From: a virus
Virus record (IMG/VR): IMGVR_UViG_3300033984_000416
Span: 32,001-96,000 of that record
Strand: one strand, 5' to 3'
DNA length: 64,000 nucleotides
Part shown: in pieces, positions 41,313 through 49,643 of the stretch
How positions within the stretch are numbered: the stretch's first letter is position 1
How the letters are laid out: the number at the start of each line of letters is the position of its first letter
Notes under the pieces: generated by a model
What the model was told of the DNA's origin: nothing
The model's input: the letters and a program-made list of their open reading frames with translations, nothing else
Databases searched by the model: none
Made by a program: the position numbers and the translations under genes

Positions 41313-42779
41313 TTATTTAGTTGTTTCTTCTTTTTGTTCGTTATAACCTTTTGATTGTAAAAATCTAACATTAGCTTCTACAGTATCTAGTGTTAGGTTT
41401 TCCCAGTTTCCACCTTTTTTTAATTTACCAACTTCTATCTCACAATTGTAAATGTTAGGGTCTTCTGTTTTATTTTTTACTATTATTCTTAAATCTAAAT
41501 TTTTATTAAGTTGCTTTATCAATACTTGGTCTCTATCTTCAATTACGTGTCGTCTAACACGTATGTAATCCGTTTCAGCTCTAAGAGTTTCAATATCATT
41601 GGTATTTTTACTAGTTTTGTAAGGTATTTCGATTGTTTTTAGTAATTGATATTTAGCATCGTTATCGATAACAAACCCATCACCAATCTTTTGTTTTATC
41701 TTATTCATACCGTATTTACCCAATAAATCTAGTGTTGGTATAATACCAGCCCCAGTCGGTTTATCCCCTCTTAAATCAGCAACAAATGCTTGCCAAAAAG
41801 TTGGTTGAGTGTAGAACGCTGCTTTTAACTCTGGGTCAGCTAAAATCATTTTAAACGCTAGTTGACCATCAGCTTTTAATTCTTCTGGTGATTGTTCTTC
41901 TTTCGATTTTTCCTCACCTTCTTCTTCATCAGATTCACATGAAGTGGTAACTGAAAAGTTTTGGATACCACTAATAACAGCTTCACCATTGTTATTACCA
42001 GCCACAACTTTAAATTTAAGATTCAATTTAAGGTTATCATTGGTTGAAAGTATATCTTGGTTTTCACTATAAAAATCAGTTGTTTCGTCCTCAACGTCAC
42101 CTTTGATTTCTAAGATATAAGTATCCCATTTGTTTAAATCTGGTAGTGTTTTGTTGGTTTCTTTTATTAACTCTAAAGTAAATGTGTTATTTGATTTTGC
42201 TAAACAACAAAACATAATATCACCATTATTAAATGATAATTTAAAACCTTTTTCTTTATCTAAATTTTCCAAGACATACCTTAATTCTTGGTTTATTGCA
42301 CTAGTAAAATCACTAGATACGTCTTTACCACTTAAATTATTCTTGGTACCTTGTTTTTGTTGTTTTTCAGCTGTAGGTGATAATGGGTCAACAATATCAA
42401 TTTGTTTCCCACCTCTAAATACTTGAATGTTGGTAATATCCTTAACAGTCATTGGTGACCACTCTTTAAAATCGGTCAATTTGTCTTTTTCGTTGATTTT
42501 ATGAACTCTTCTTAACTCTAAATCATCACCACTCAACCCAGTATAAACCATATAATATCGATAATTTATATTGCTAGAACCAGAATCAATATTATCCATG
42601 ATGACATGACCAGAAGTGTTATCAATAACTTTAAAATTATTTTTACTATTCTTCCATGTTATAACTACGGTGTCACCAACTTTCATAGTATTTTTTACCA
42701 TAGTGTCAAAAGGTGTTTCGTTTATAAAATTAAGAAGCCTTTGATATTGTGCTTCGGTTACTATTAGTTTATTGCTCAT
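41313..42779 (-). CDS. Hypothetical protein, possible internal virion protein (488 aa)
   Basis: N-terminus MSNKLIVTEAQYQRLL is shared in pattern with the 133-aa ORF; ATATTTAT upstream. Confidence 0.65.
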   Translation of the reverse strand: MSNKLIVTEAQYQRLLNFINETPFDTMVKNTMKVGDTVVITWKNSKNNFKVIDNTSGHVIMDNIDSGSSNINYRYYMVYTGLSGDDLELRRVHKINEKDKLTDFKEWSPMTVKDITNIQVFRGGKQIDIVDPLSPTAEKQQKQGTKNNLSGKDVSSDFTSAINQELRYVLENLDKEKGFKLSFNNGDIMFCCLAKSNNTFTLELIKETNKTLPDLNKWDTYILEIKGDVEDETTDFYSENQDILSTNDNLKLNLKFKVVAGNNNGEAVISGIQNFSVTTSCESDEEEGEEKSKEEQSPEELKADGQLAFKMILADPELKAAFYTQPTFWQAFVADLRGDKPTGAGIIPTLDLLGKYGMNKIKQKIGDGFVIDNDAKYQLLKTIEIPYKTSKNTNDIETLRAETDYIRVRRHVIEDRDQVLIKQLNKNLDLRIIVKNKTEDPNIYNCEIEVGKLKKGGNWENLTLDTVEANVRFLQSKGYNEQKEETTK

Positions 42780-42815
42780 CGTATTAATCTTTGTTTATAA
42801 ATATCATATAAAATA

Positions 42816-42842
42816 AAAATCCCCACTTTATGCGGGGATTTT
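42816..42842. terminator. Intrinsic terminator
   Basis: aaaatcccc-N9-ggggatttt immediately after the stop at 42844. Confidence 0.8.
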
Positions 42843-42843
42843 A

Positions 42844-43155
42844 TTATGTTGTTGGTAAATCACCATTTTTCATTCTGGTTTTTAAAGCCTCACCAGATAC
42901 TCTAGTTTGTCTAGAACCTTTGGTACCACTTGTTTTCGATTTCTCTTTTGCTTCTTCGTATTGTTCTTGTCTCTTAGCGTGGTCTTTTGTTAATAACCCT
43001 AAGAAATAACGCCTTTCATATGTCGGCATCACCAGAACATCTGAATATGAAATATTTTTCATATGTTGAGTGCAAATCCAAATCTCTTCCAATAATGGAA
43101 TCTTATAATCGGAAGTTAGGCCAAAAAAAGTTGAAGTTAAGTGGAAGAAAGGTGG
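42844..43155 (-). CDS. gp51-like / GT-type chaperone C-terminal ORF, probably reached by frameshift
   Basis: Frame open 43155-42844 with no ATG before QHMKN (the track start is a TTG); YKIPLLEEIW...SYSDVLVMPTYERRYFL resembles gp51-type chaperones. Confidence 0.65.
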   Translation of the reverse strand, partial: PPFFHLTSTFFGLTSDYKIPLLEEIWICTQHMKNISYSDVLVMPTYERRYFLGLLTKDHAKRQEQYEEAKEKSKTSGTKGSRQTRVSGEALKTRMKNGDLPTT

Positions 43156-44404
43156 CTACAGACCCACCCCCAGGAGTCTCGACATTAATATTCAAATCAA
43201 TACCACAGTCAACAGTTTCAATATATTCGTTAAACGCTTTAGCGTCACCAATTCTCATTCCATTAGCAACATCTCTAATAATATTTTTATCTCTATCTCC
43301 ATTTACTTCGAAAATCATACGCTCCAATCTGTATGTTGATGTATTATCAACCAACATATTGTTTTCTTTATCCTTAGCAATTCTTTTTTCTAAATCACTA
43401 ATATCTCCACATGTCAAAGGTCTAAATCTTAATTGTACCTTGCTTAATGGTAGTGTAAAACTAAATAACCCATCGCTATCTGGTTCAACACTCAATTCAA
43501 TAGTTTTTAAATCATTAAGGTTTACTACAGAATCAAAAGGCTCGTCTAATTCATCTAACAATGTTACTGGATACATTTCACCGTAACTAGTAGCTCTTAA
43601 CCAAATCATAATAGCGTTTCTATCACCAACCAATAAGTCTTTATATCTTAATTCTGGTTCAAGGATTTTTCTGTTGATAAGAATCTCTAAGAATTCACCA
43701 CTTTGTAATAAGTTAGGACTAGTAAGAATATTCTCATCAGCTGTAGTCATATAACCAACTCTTATGCTAGCTTTTTTATTTTTATATAATTTACCTTTAG
43801 AAGGCAACGGTATAACATCAAAAGGAGCGTTGTAATTTGGCTGACTTAACTCATAAATTGCTGGGTTGATATTAGAAGGGTTTTGACCATAACTATCACT
43901 GTAATTTGTGATTGGTGTTGAAGGCGGTGTTGGTGGTGTTGGTGGTGTATAATTATTTTGATAATTATTAGCCTGTACGTTTTGTGGCATCTCTGTTGGT
44001 GTTGGAATGTTATTATGTCTAGTTGTAGCTTCTTCAGTTTGTCTTTGGAAGTTTTGAGTATTTTCTAGGTTCTTTTTTAATTGTTCGTCACGAAGCCTCA
44101 TTTGTTCTTCGTTTTTTAACCTAGCCATTATTCCATAGCTAGAAGCTGAAGTTTCTTCCGCAAAATCATTTTCTTTAACAACATCACCATTTTGAATTTG
44201 TTGTAATTGATTTGCTGTTCGTCTACGCATCATTTCTACAGCACTAATTTGTCCATCTGGTACGTTGGCTTCATTGGTAGCGGTTGCATAGATATCGTTT
44301 GTTACTATTGCTTTTTCTGTTTCATAAGCATCTATCTTAGCCTTTTCAGCTGCTGCTGCATTCATTTGTTCTTTACTTGGGATTACGTTTGGTTTTTTAT
44401 CCAT
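43103..44404 (-). CDS. Tail/baseplate assembly chaperone (T4 gp26-like) with long low-complexity N-terminus
   Basis: IPLPSKGKLY...VGYMTTADENIL...DLLVGDRNAIMIWLRATSYG...FFWP pattern. Confidence 0.75.
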   Translation of the reverse strand: MDKKPNVIPSKEQMNAAAAEKAKIDAYETEKAIVTNDIYATATNEANVPDGQISAVEMMRRRTANQLQQIQNGDVVKENDFAEETSASSYGIMARLKNEEQMRLRDEQLKKNLENTQNFQRQTEEATTRHNNIPTPTEMPQNVQANNYQNNYTPPTPPTPPSTPITNYSDSYGQNPSNINPAIYELSQPNYNAPFDVIPLPSKGKLYKNKKASIRVGYMTTADENILTSPNLLQSGEFLEILINRKILEPELRYKDLLVGDRNAIMIWLRATSYGEMYPVTLLDELDEPFDSVVNLNDLKTIELSVEPDSDGLFSFTLPLSKVQLRFRPLTCGDISDLEKRIAKDKENNMLVDNTSTYRLERMIFEVNGDRDKNIIRDVANGMRIGDAKAFNEYIETVDCGIDLNINVETPGGGSVATFLPLNFNFFWPNFRL

Positions 44405-44507
44405 TTTAAAACTATTTGTTGTTTGTTATAACTTTACAAATAAATATAGAAAAAGAAATTTTTTTGTAAATAGCTTTATTTTTATCTAGTTAGTATTAGC
44501 TTTGAAT

Positions 44508-44915
44508 ATGGAAAAAATAATACTAAAATACTTAGAAAAAGAACTCAATTTAAAACATAGTGGTGTTTTTAGTGTTTTTGAGAATTATATTTTTGTTAAA
44601 GGTGATTATTTTAAACAAGAATGTAAAATTTTTGATATTACAGAAATTAAAATGATAGATATTATTTATGGTTATTTTGAAGGTAAACTAGATTATAAAA
44701 TATTTGTATTCGACCCCAAAACATTTATTCTAGATTTCGAAGATATTGAAGATGAGATAAAACTTGAAGGAGAATACTCAGAACTAATTGATACTTTGAT
44801 AAAATATGTTATAAATCTTAAACAAGAAGCAATTCTTAAACAGCATTATGAAGATGCTGCTAACTACCGAGATATAGAAAAAACACTAGAAACAAAAAAG
44901 CCACCCATGGGGTAG
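44508..44915 (+). CDS. Hypothetical protein with C-terminal UVR (UvrB/UvrC-type) coiled-coil motif
   Basis: LKQEAILKQHYEDAANYRDIEK matches the UVR pattern; ATG at 44508 preceded by TAGCTTTG (-7-like, 44497-44504). Confidence 0.65.
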   Translation: MEKIILKYLEKELNLKHSGVFSVFENYIFVKGDYFKQECKIFDITEIKMIDIIYGYFEGKLDYKIFVFDPKTFILDFEDIEDEIKLEGEYSELIDTLIKYVINLKQEAILKQHYEDAANYRDIEKTLETKKPPMG

Positions 44916-44923
44916 CTCTTTTT
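44894..44923. terminator. Bidirectional terminator between convergent UVR and tube genes
   Basis: aaaaaa-gccaccc-atg-gggtagc-tctttt (one mismatch in the stem). Confidence 0.6.
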
Positions 44924-45041
44924 ATTATTTACTAAGTGATTTTAATAGTTCTTCATTTTTCTTAATAACACTAAGACGTTTAACTTGGTTTACCCTATTT
45001 TTTTTAGGCTTACCTTCTTTTTTTGACTTTGACATAATTTA

Positions 45042-45530
45042 TTAGAATAATAAAATAGCTCTGTCAAATCTAAGTGTTGCAGTAATCTCAGCAATACCAT
45101 CATCATCCATTGATAAATCTCCGAATGAAACGTTTGTTAACATAGTACCGTCAAGTAACCATTTTTCGATAACAACACCAGTTGGGTCAAGCATTTCAAG
45201 TTCAACAGGTCTTTTATAACCAGCTGCGTAACCTTGACGACCTGTAATAGATTCAGAGTGTAAACGAACCCACTCCATAATAGCTTGTGTAGCTGATGGC
45301 CCGATTGGGTCACGGAATGTTACGTCAATTGCTTCCCAAGTAAATCTACCAATAACCCATGTAGATGTATTAAGGAATGGGATTTCAACTTCATTTTGTG
45401 TAATTGAAGGTCTAGATGCAGAAGATAACCACCATTGTTGGATACCTAAATCTGCTGGGAATGTAATTAACCAACGATTCTTTTTCTTAGGCTCGTATGG
45501 TAAGGGCATTTTCATCAATAAATCAGCCAT
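45042..45530 (-). CDS. Tail tube protein (T4 gp19-like)
   Basis: EPKKKNRW...RPSIT...GRFTWEAIDVTFRDPI...WVRL...EKWLLDG...FGDLS; lies downstream of the sheath gene. Confidence 0.92.
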   Translation of the reverse strand: MADLLMKMPLPYEPKKKNRWLITFPADLGIQQWWLSSASRPSITQNEVEIPFLNTSTWVIGRFTWEAIDVTFRDPIGPSATQAIMEWVRLHSESITGRQGYAAGYKRPVELEMLDPTGVVIEKWLLDGTMLTNVSFGDLSMDDDGIAEITATLRFDRAILLF

Positions 45531-45664
45531 GTCTTTTTTGTTTTAATTTTTTTGTTCTTATTTATTAATAAATATCTAAGAATTATTTTTTTAGAAAAAT
45601 TTCTTTCTTACCTATAAATATGGTAACTATATAAAATATTCTTTATTTTATTATTTTTTTTTCG

Positions 45665-45672
45665 TATCTTTG
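45665..45672 (+). promoter_or_regulatory. Bacteroidota -7 element (TATCTTTG) for the 94-aa plus-strand gene
   Basis: cgTATCTTTGtt 16 nt upstream of the ATG at 45689; no clear -33 TTG. Confidence 0.55.
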
Positions 45673-45688
45673 TTAAAATAATTTAACT

Positions 45689-45973
45689 ATGAAAATAACT
45701 GAAAAGGAATTACTCGAAAAATACAACATAATAATTGATAATATACTAGACGAATGTGATTGGAAAACTAATTTTACTGGTGAAGAAGTTTGTCAATTGG
45801 TGCACAATATTCTTAAACAAAATAATGAAGAACCATCTATTTCAGCTGAAAAACTTCATGAAGTATATTCTTTGAAGGTTTCCTCTTTAAAATTAACCCC
45901 AGAAGAATGGCGTGAAAACTATGGTATTCCAGAAATCATATCAATGATTTACGAAATACTACTTTCCTTGTAA
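45689..45973 (+). CDS. Hypothetical protein (94 aa)
   Basis: ORF with host-type -7 element; overlaps the convergent gene by 15 nt. Confidence 0.6.
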   Translation: MKITEKELLEKYNIIIDNILDECDWKTNFTGEEVCQLVHNILKQNNEEPSISAEKLHEVYSLKVSSLKLTPEEWRENYGIPEIISMIYEILLSL

Positions 45974-46360
45974 TTCCTTTAAATTCGTAATTGAAATAAA
46001 ATCTAATTTTTCATTAGGTGATATTTCATTAAATTTATCTTTTATTTTATCAGCATTGGTAGATAAAAGACTAGTAGGGTCACTAAACCCTTTTTCAGTC
46101 ATCGTAGCTATCAATTCATCCGTTTTTGATTTATCTTCTAACGTATTCTTAATCATAGATATCGTTGTTGGCTCTTTTAAAGCCTTGTTAGCGATAAACT
46201 CGTTTTGACCAGATAGTTTAACACCAGCCAACATTGCAATACCTAAGAGAGCTTCTTTTGAAGTCTCCAATATCATTTGCTGTTCTTTTGACGGACGATT
46301 AAGTTGTTCTCTTAAAAGTATAGTATCGTACTGTGCTTGAGTTATCTTTATCTTTCTCAT
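45959..46360 (-). CDS. Hypothetical protein, possible internal virion protein (133 aa)
   Basis: N-terminus MRKIKITQAQYDTIL; ATATTTAT upstream. Confidence 0.65.
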   Translation of the reverse strand: MRKIKITQAQYDTILLREQLNRPSKEQQMILETSKEALLGIAMLAGVKLSGQNEFIANKALKEPTTISMIKNTLEDKSKTDELIATMTEKGFSDPTSLLSTNADKIKDKFNEISPNEKLDFISITNLKELQGK

Positions 46361-46395
46361 AATATCTTTAGTAATAAATATCGATACAAAACAAA

Positions 46396-46418
46396 AAAAC
46401 CACCGATTTGGTGGTTTT
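46396..46418 (-). terminator. Terminator after tail sheath
   Basis: aaaaccacc-gattt-ggtggtttt. Confidence 0.85.
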
Positions 46419-46439
46419 AGTGTTTAATATTTATATGGT

Positions 46440-49286
46440 TTAGATGTTATCAAAAGATGCACCTGTATTCATAATTACAAATTCTAATTGAATGAACTCT
46501 AAAGCTCTTGTTGGTTTCAAGAAGATTTGACCAGTTAATTGATTTCTATCGATATCCTCTGGGTCATTCGAAAGAACAACACGGAAATCTGTAAGACCTC
46601 TTTCACTTCTAATGTTATCCAAGATTGGGTTAACAAGTGCCAAGAATTGGTTTCTAACTACGTTATCATTTTGTTCAAATAACAATCTGATAGAAACAGC
46701 AGAAATAAGTTTTCTAGCTTGTAATAACAATCTTCTAACGTTGATTCTGTTAAGTGCTGTATCTTTAACTTGAAGTGTTTTATTACCCCAGATTTTAATA
46801 CCATCACTTGTGAATGTAGCGATAGGGTTGATTCTATTTTCATAAAGAACATCTCTTTCAGCAAGAGTAAGTTTTTTACGAGCTTGAATAGCATCAACAT
46901 CACCTCTTTGGATACCAGCAACCGCAAACCATGGGAATGAAATGTTGTCAGTAAGTGCGATGTTTCTAACTACATCTCTTGTAGGTGGCATGAATATGTA
47001 AACATTGTTTTCAGCATCGTTTACTTGAATCCAAGGCCAGTAAGTACAAGAATAGTTACTATCGTAAGCACCATCTAAAGAGTCAGTGATATCTTCAACA
47101 GTCATTACATCACCACCACCATCTAAATCTGGAGTTGTCATGATATATAATGAGTCAGCTCTATCAGTTTCAATCATATCGATTGTAGCCTCAATAAGGT
47201 TAGAGTTATCTAAGTTATCAATACCAGGTGTAGCAAACACGTTAATGTTAACCGCTTCTGGGTTTTTGAATGTCCAAATAGCTTCTAAGTAAGCATAGTA
47301 ATCAGAGTTGATACCCAAGTCACCGTTTGTTAAGTTTCTAGGTACAAAAGCACCAGAAGTTGTACCGTTTTGTCCTAATGTTCCGTTGATTAAGAAACTA
47401 TCTAAATTACTTCTTCTAGTTCTATAAACATCCCATCCATCATAACCACCAAATGGTGCCATAGTAAATTTACGAGCATAAACTTTTTCGTATGGTCCAT
47501 TAACCAATCCAGAATCAGTTCTAAATTGCCAATCTCCAGTATCAAATGAGAATACAGGTGAATATGTATTACCGCTTGAATCGATGACAACAGTCACGTT
47601 ATCAATTGTAACAGCACTAGCATCAATATCCATGTGGAATCCGTTTGTCATACCAGTCCACATATTTGGAGAAGTAGTTAAAGGAATACCTTTGTAATCG
47701 AAGAAGTCAGCATCAATACCTACAGTTTCAGAAAGACCTAAGTAGAACTTACGTTTGTTTTCGTATTGTGTGTATTCAGTTTTGTATGTTAATTTAGGGT
47801 TAACAACTGAAGTATTACCATTAGTTTGGTAATCTCTAATTGGGAAACCTACAAAACCAGCTGGGAAAGCATCACTAGTATCAGATGTATCATCCATATC
47901 TACCAATACATAAGAAGATTTAGAAGGATATAAACCATCAAGTGTACCAATTCTTCTACCAATGTAGTTATTAGAAGTTGGGTCCATTGTACAACGGCTG
48001 TAACTTTCTAATACGGTTGGTTGAGCATCAGTATCATAGAAAGCTCTAATAACTACGTCAAATTCTCTAGTATCTGGTTTAATGTTTCTAAATGAAATTT
48101 TAAATTGTTCATTGGCAGCGTTACCATCAGAGATAGTCCAGAATCTGAAAAGTCTCAATACTTTTGTACCACGTAATTCAGATACAACATAAGGAGTAAC
48201 TGCTGGTTTGTATTCTTGTAAATAATCAGAGTAATCTCGATTATAATCAACGATAGTTTGTTTTATACCTCTAATTTTACCTTCATTGTTTAATTTATCA
48301 AACATTTTGTTGTAAAATTCTTCTAAAAATAATGGAGTGTTACCATTTTGAACACTTCTACCTAATACTCTAGGTAAATAGTTTTTCTTAGTTTTATCTA
48401 AAGACGCTAAATTTTCAAATAAGCCTTGTGTAGCAGAAAAACCACTCAAAGAGAAATCACCTAACGGACTAGTAATTGAACCAGTAAATGCTGGGTCAAG
48501 AACTACATTTCCAGTAACTTCAAAAGCTGGTAATTGTGTAGCTAAATCAATTCCACCTCTAGAACGCATCAAAGCAACTAATTTGTTTTCAACATCAGTA
48601 TATGCTGTACCTGTAATATCTACAGTTACACCAGTAGTTACACCAGTGATAAACGCACCAGAAGGGTCATAAGATTTATAATCTAAATAGATGTTAAATG
48701 ATACACCATTAAATACATTACCAGTTTTGATGAATTTAGGAGCAACATTAGAAGTAGCACCAATACTCATAGAACTCAAGTAAGCTAAATCGTTTGTTAA
48801 TTGACCATCATTAATAAGTGCTTGAACCATTGGGTCTGGAGACGTTACAGTCACCATTGTACCAGCAGAAGTTGCGGTAAATGTTAATAATGGGTTAGCA
48901 CTATCATATGTGTTAGTACCAGTAACAGCAGATGTTGCTGGGTCTAAAGCACCGTCAAGAACAATACCCCAAGCTTTACCAGCGTCATATCCAGAGAAAC
49001 CTAATACTCTAGTAACGAATAATTGGTTTGATTGAGATAAGTATGATTTTGCAATATAAGGTAACTCATATTGAGGTGCCCCATTATCTTTTACTTTTGT
49101 AGCGTTAAGGCCACCGAAGAAAGATTGGAATTCACCGTAGTTTCCAATAAAAATTGGTTGAAATGCTGGTCCGATAGTTGTTTCACCAACTAAACCTAGC
49201 GTTGTAACACCTACTTGACGTGTAATAAAAGTTAAGTCTTTTTCAGATGTATAAACTCCAGGACTTACGAATACTTTTGTTGACAT
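46440..49286 (-). CDS. Contractile tail sheath protein
   Basis: VFVSPGVYTSEKDL, GETTIGPAFQP and C-terminal WFAVAG..RG...RDVLYENRINPI...GNKTL...RINVRRLL...PTRALEFI. Confidence 0.97.
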   Translation of the reverse strand: MSTKVFVSPGVYTSEKDLTFITRQVGVTTLGLVGETTIGPAFQPIFIGNYGEFQSFFGGLNATKVKDNGAPQYELPYIAKSYLSQSNQLFVTRVLGFSGYDAGKAWGIVLDGALDPATSAVTGTNTYDSANPLLTFTATSAGTMVTVTSPDPMVQALINDGQLTNDLAYLSSMSIGATSNVAPKFIKTGNVFNGVSFNIYLDYKSYDPSGAFITGVTTGVTVDITGTAYTDVENKLVALMRSRGGIDLATQLPAFEVTGNVVLDPAFTGSITSPLGDFSLSGFSATQGLFENLASLDKTKKNYLPRVLGRSVQNGNTPLFLEEFYNKMFDKLNNEGKIRGIKQTIVDYNRDYSDYLQEYKPAVTPYVVSELRGTKVLRLFRFWTISDGNAANEQFKISFRNIKPDTREFDVVIRAFYDTDAQPTVLESYSRCTMDPTSNNYIGRRIGTLDGLYPSKSSYVLVDMDDTSDTSDAFPAGFVGFPIRDYQTNGNTSVVNPKLTYKTEYTQYENKRKFYLGLSETVGIDADFFDYKGIPLTTSPNMWTGMTNGFHMDIDASAVTIDNVTVVIDSSGNTYSPVFSFDTGDWQFRTDSGLVNGPYEKVYARKFTMAPFGGYDGWDVYRTRRSNLDSFLINGTLGQNGTTSGAFVPRNLTNGDLGINSDYYAYLEAIWTFKNPEAVNINVFATPGIDNLDNSNLIEATIDMIETDRADSLYIMTTPDLDGGGDVMTVEDITDSLDGAYDSNYSCTYWPWIQVNDAENNVYIFMPPTRDVVRNIALTDNISFPWFAVAGIQRGDVDAIQARKKLTLAERDVLYENRINPIATFTSDGIKIWGNKTLQVKDTALNRINVRRLLLQARKLISAVSIRLLFEQNDNVVRNQFLALVNPILDNIRSERGLTDFRVVLSNDPEDIDRNQLTGQIFLKPTRALEFIQLEFVIMNTGASFDNI

Positions 49287-49338
49287 ATTGTTTCTTGTTT
49301 TGTTTTATGTTATTATTTACTTTACAGTTTTCTTTATT

Positions 49339-49346
49339 ATAAATAT
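49339..49346 (-). promoter_or_regulatory. Putative phage late-promoter core ATATTTAT (representative copy, upstream of sheath)
   Basis: Same orientation upstream of many minus-strand genes (plus-strand ATAAATAT at 1879, 16535, 21433, 26352, 42797, 44440, 45568, 45614, 46374, 49339, 51441, 55287, 61748, 61847; variant at 38366). Confidence 0.65.
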
Positions 49347-49406
49347 TAACTTTTTTTCAAAAGTAGATAGTATTAAAAAGATATATTGTTTTTAGTGTGA
49401 TTTTTT

Positions 49407-49425
49407 TCATACTTTTGTCATACTT
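49407..49425 (+). promoter_or_regulatory. Candidate operator: TCATACTT direct repeat
   Basis: TCATACTT at 49407 and 49418 (11-nt period), directly upstream of the RHH gene. Confidence 0.45.
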
Positions 49426-49437
49426 ATGATAAAAACA

Positions 49438-49590
49438 ATGATGAAAAGGGATAAAAACTTAAAAATAACACCAACAACACATGAACTTTTAAAAAAGTAT
49501 TGTGAAGAAAATGGTTTAAAAATGTTTGCTTTTGTGGAAAAATTAATTCGAGAAAGATGTTCACCGAAAAAAGATTTATATGGTGAATAG
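49438..49590 (+). CDS. Small ribbon-helix-helix (CopG/Arc-like) DNA-binding protein, 50 aa
   Basis: Below the ORF-track cutoff. MMKRDKNLKITPTTHELLKKYCEENGLKMFAFVEKLIRERCSPKKDLYGE shows the beta strand (KNLKI) plus two-helix RHH pattern. Confidence 0.7.
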   Translation: MMKRDKNLKITPTTHELLKKYCEENGLKMFAFVEKLIRERCSPKKDLYGE

Positions 49591-49611
49591 TGATATTCAA
49601 TTAGATTAAGA

Positions 49612-49643
49612 AAGCTCTCTCCGTAACTTAGTTGAGAGAGCTT
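49612..49643. terminator. Strong bidirectional terminator ending the ncRNA (-) and the RHH gene (+)
   Basis: aagctctctc-N12-gagagagctt, perfect 10-bp stem. Confidence 0.85.
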
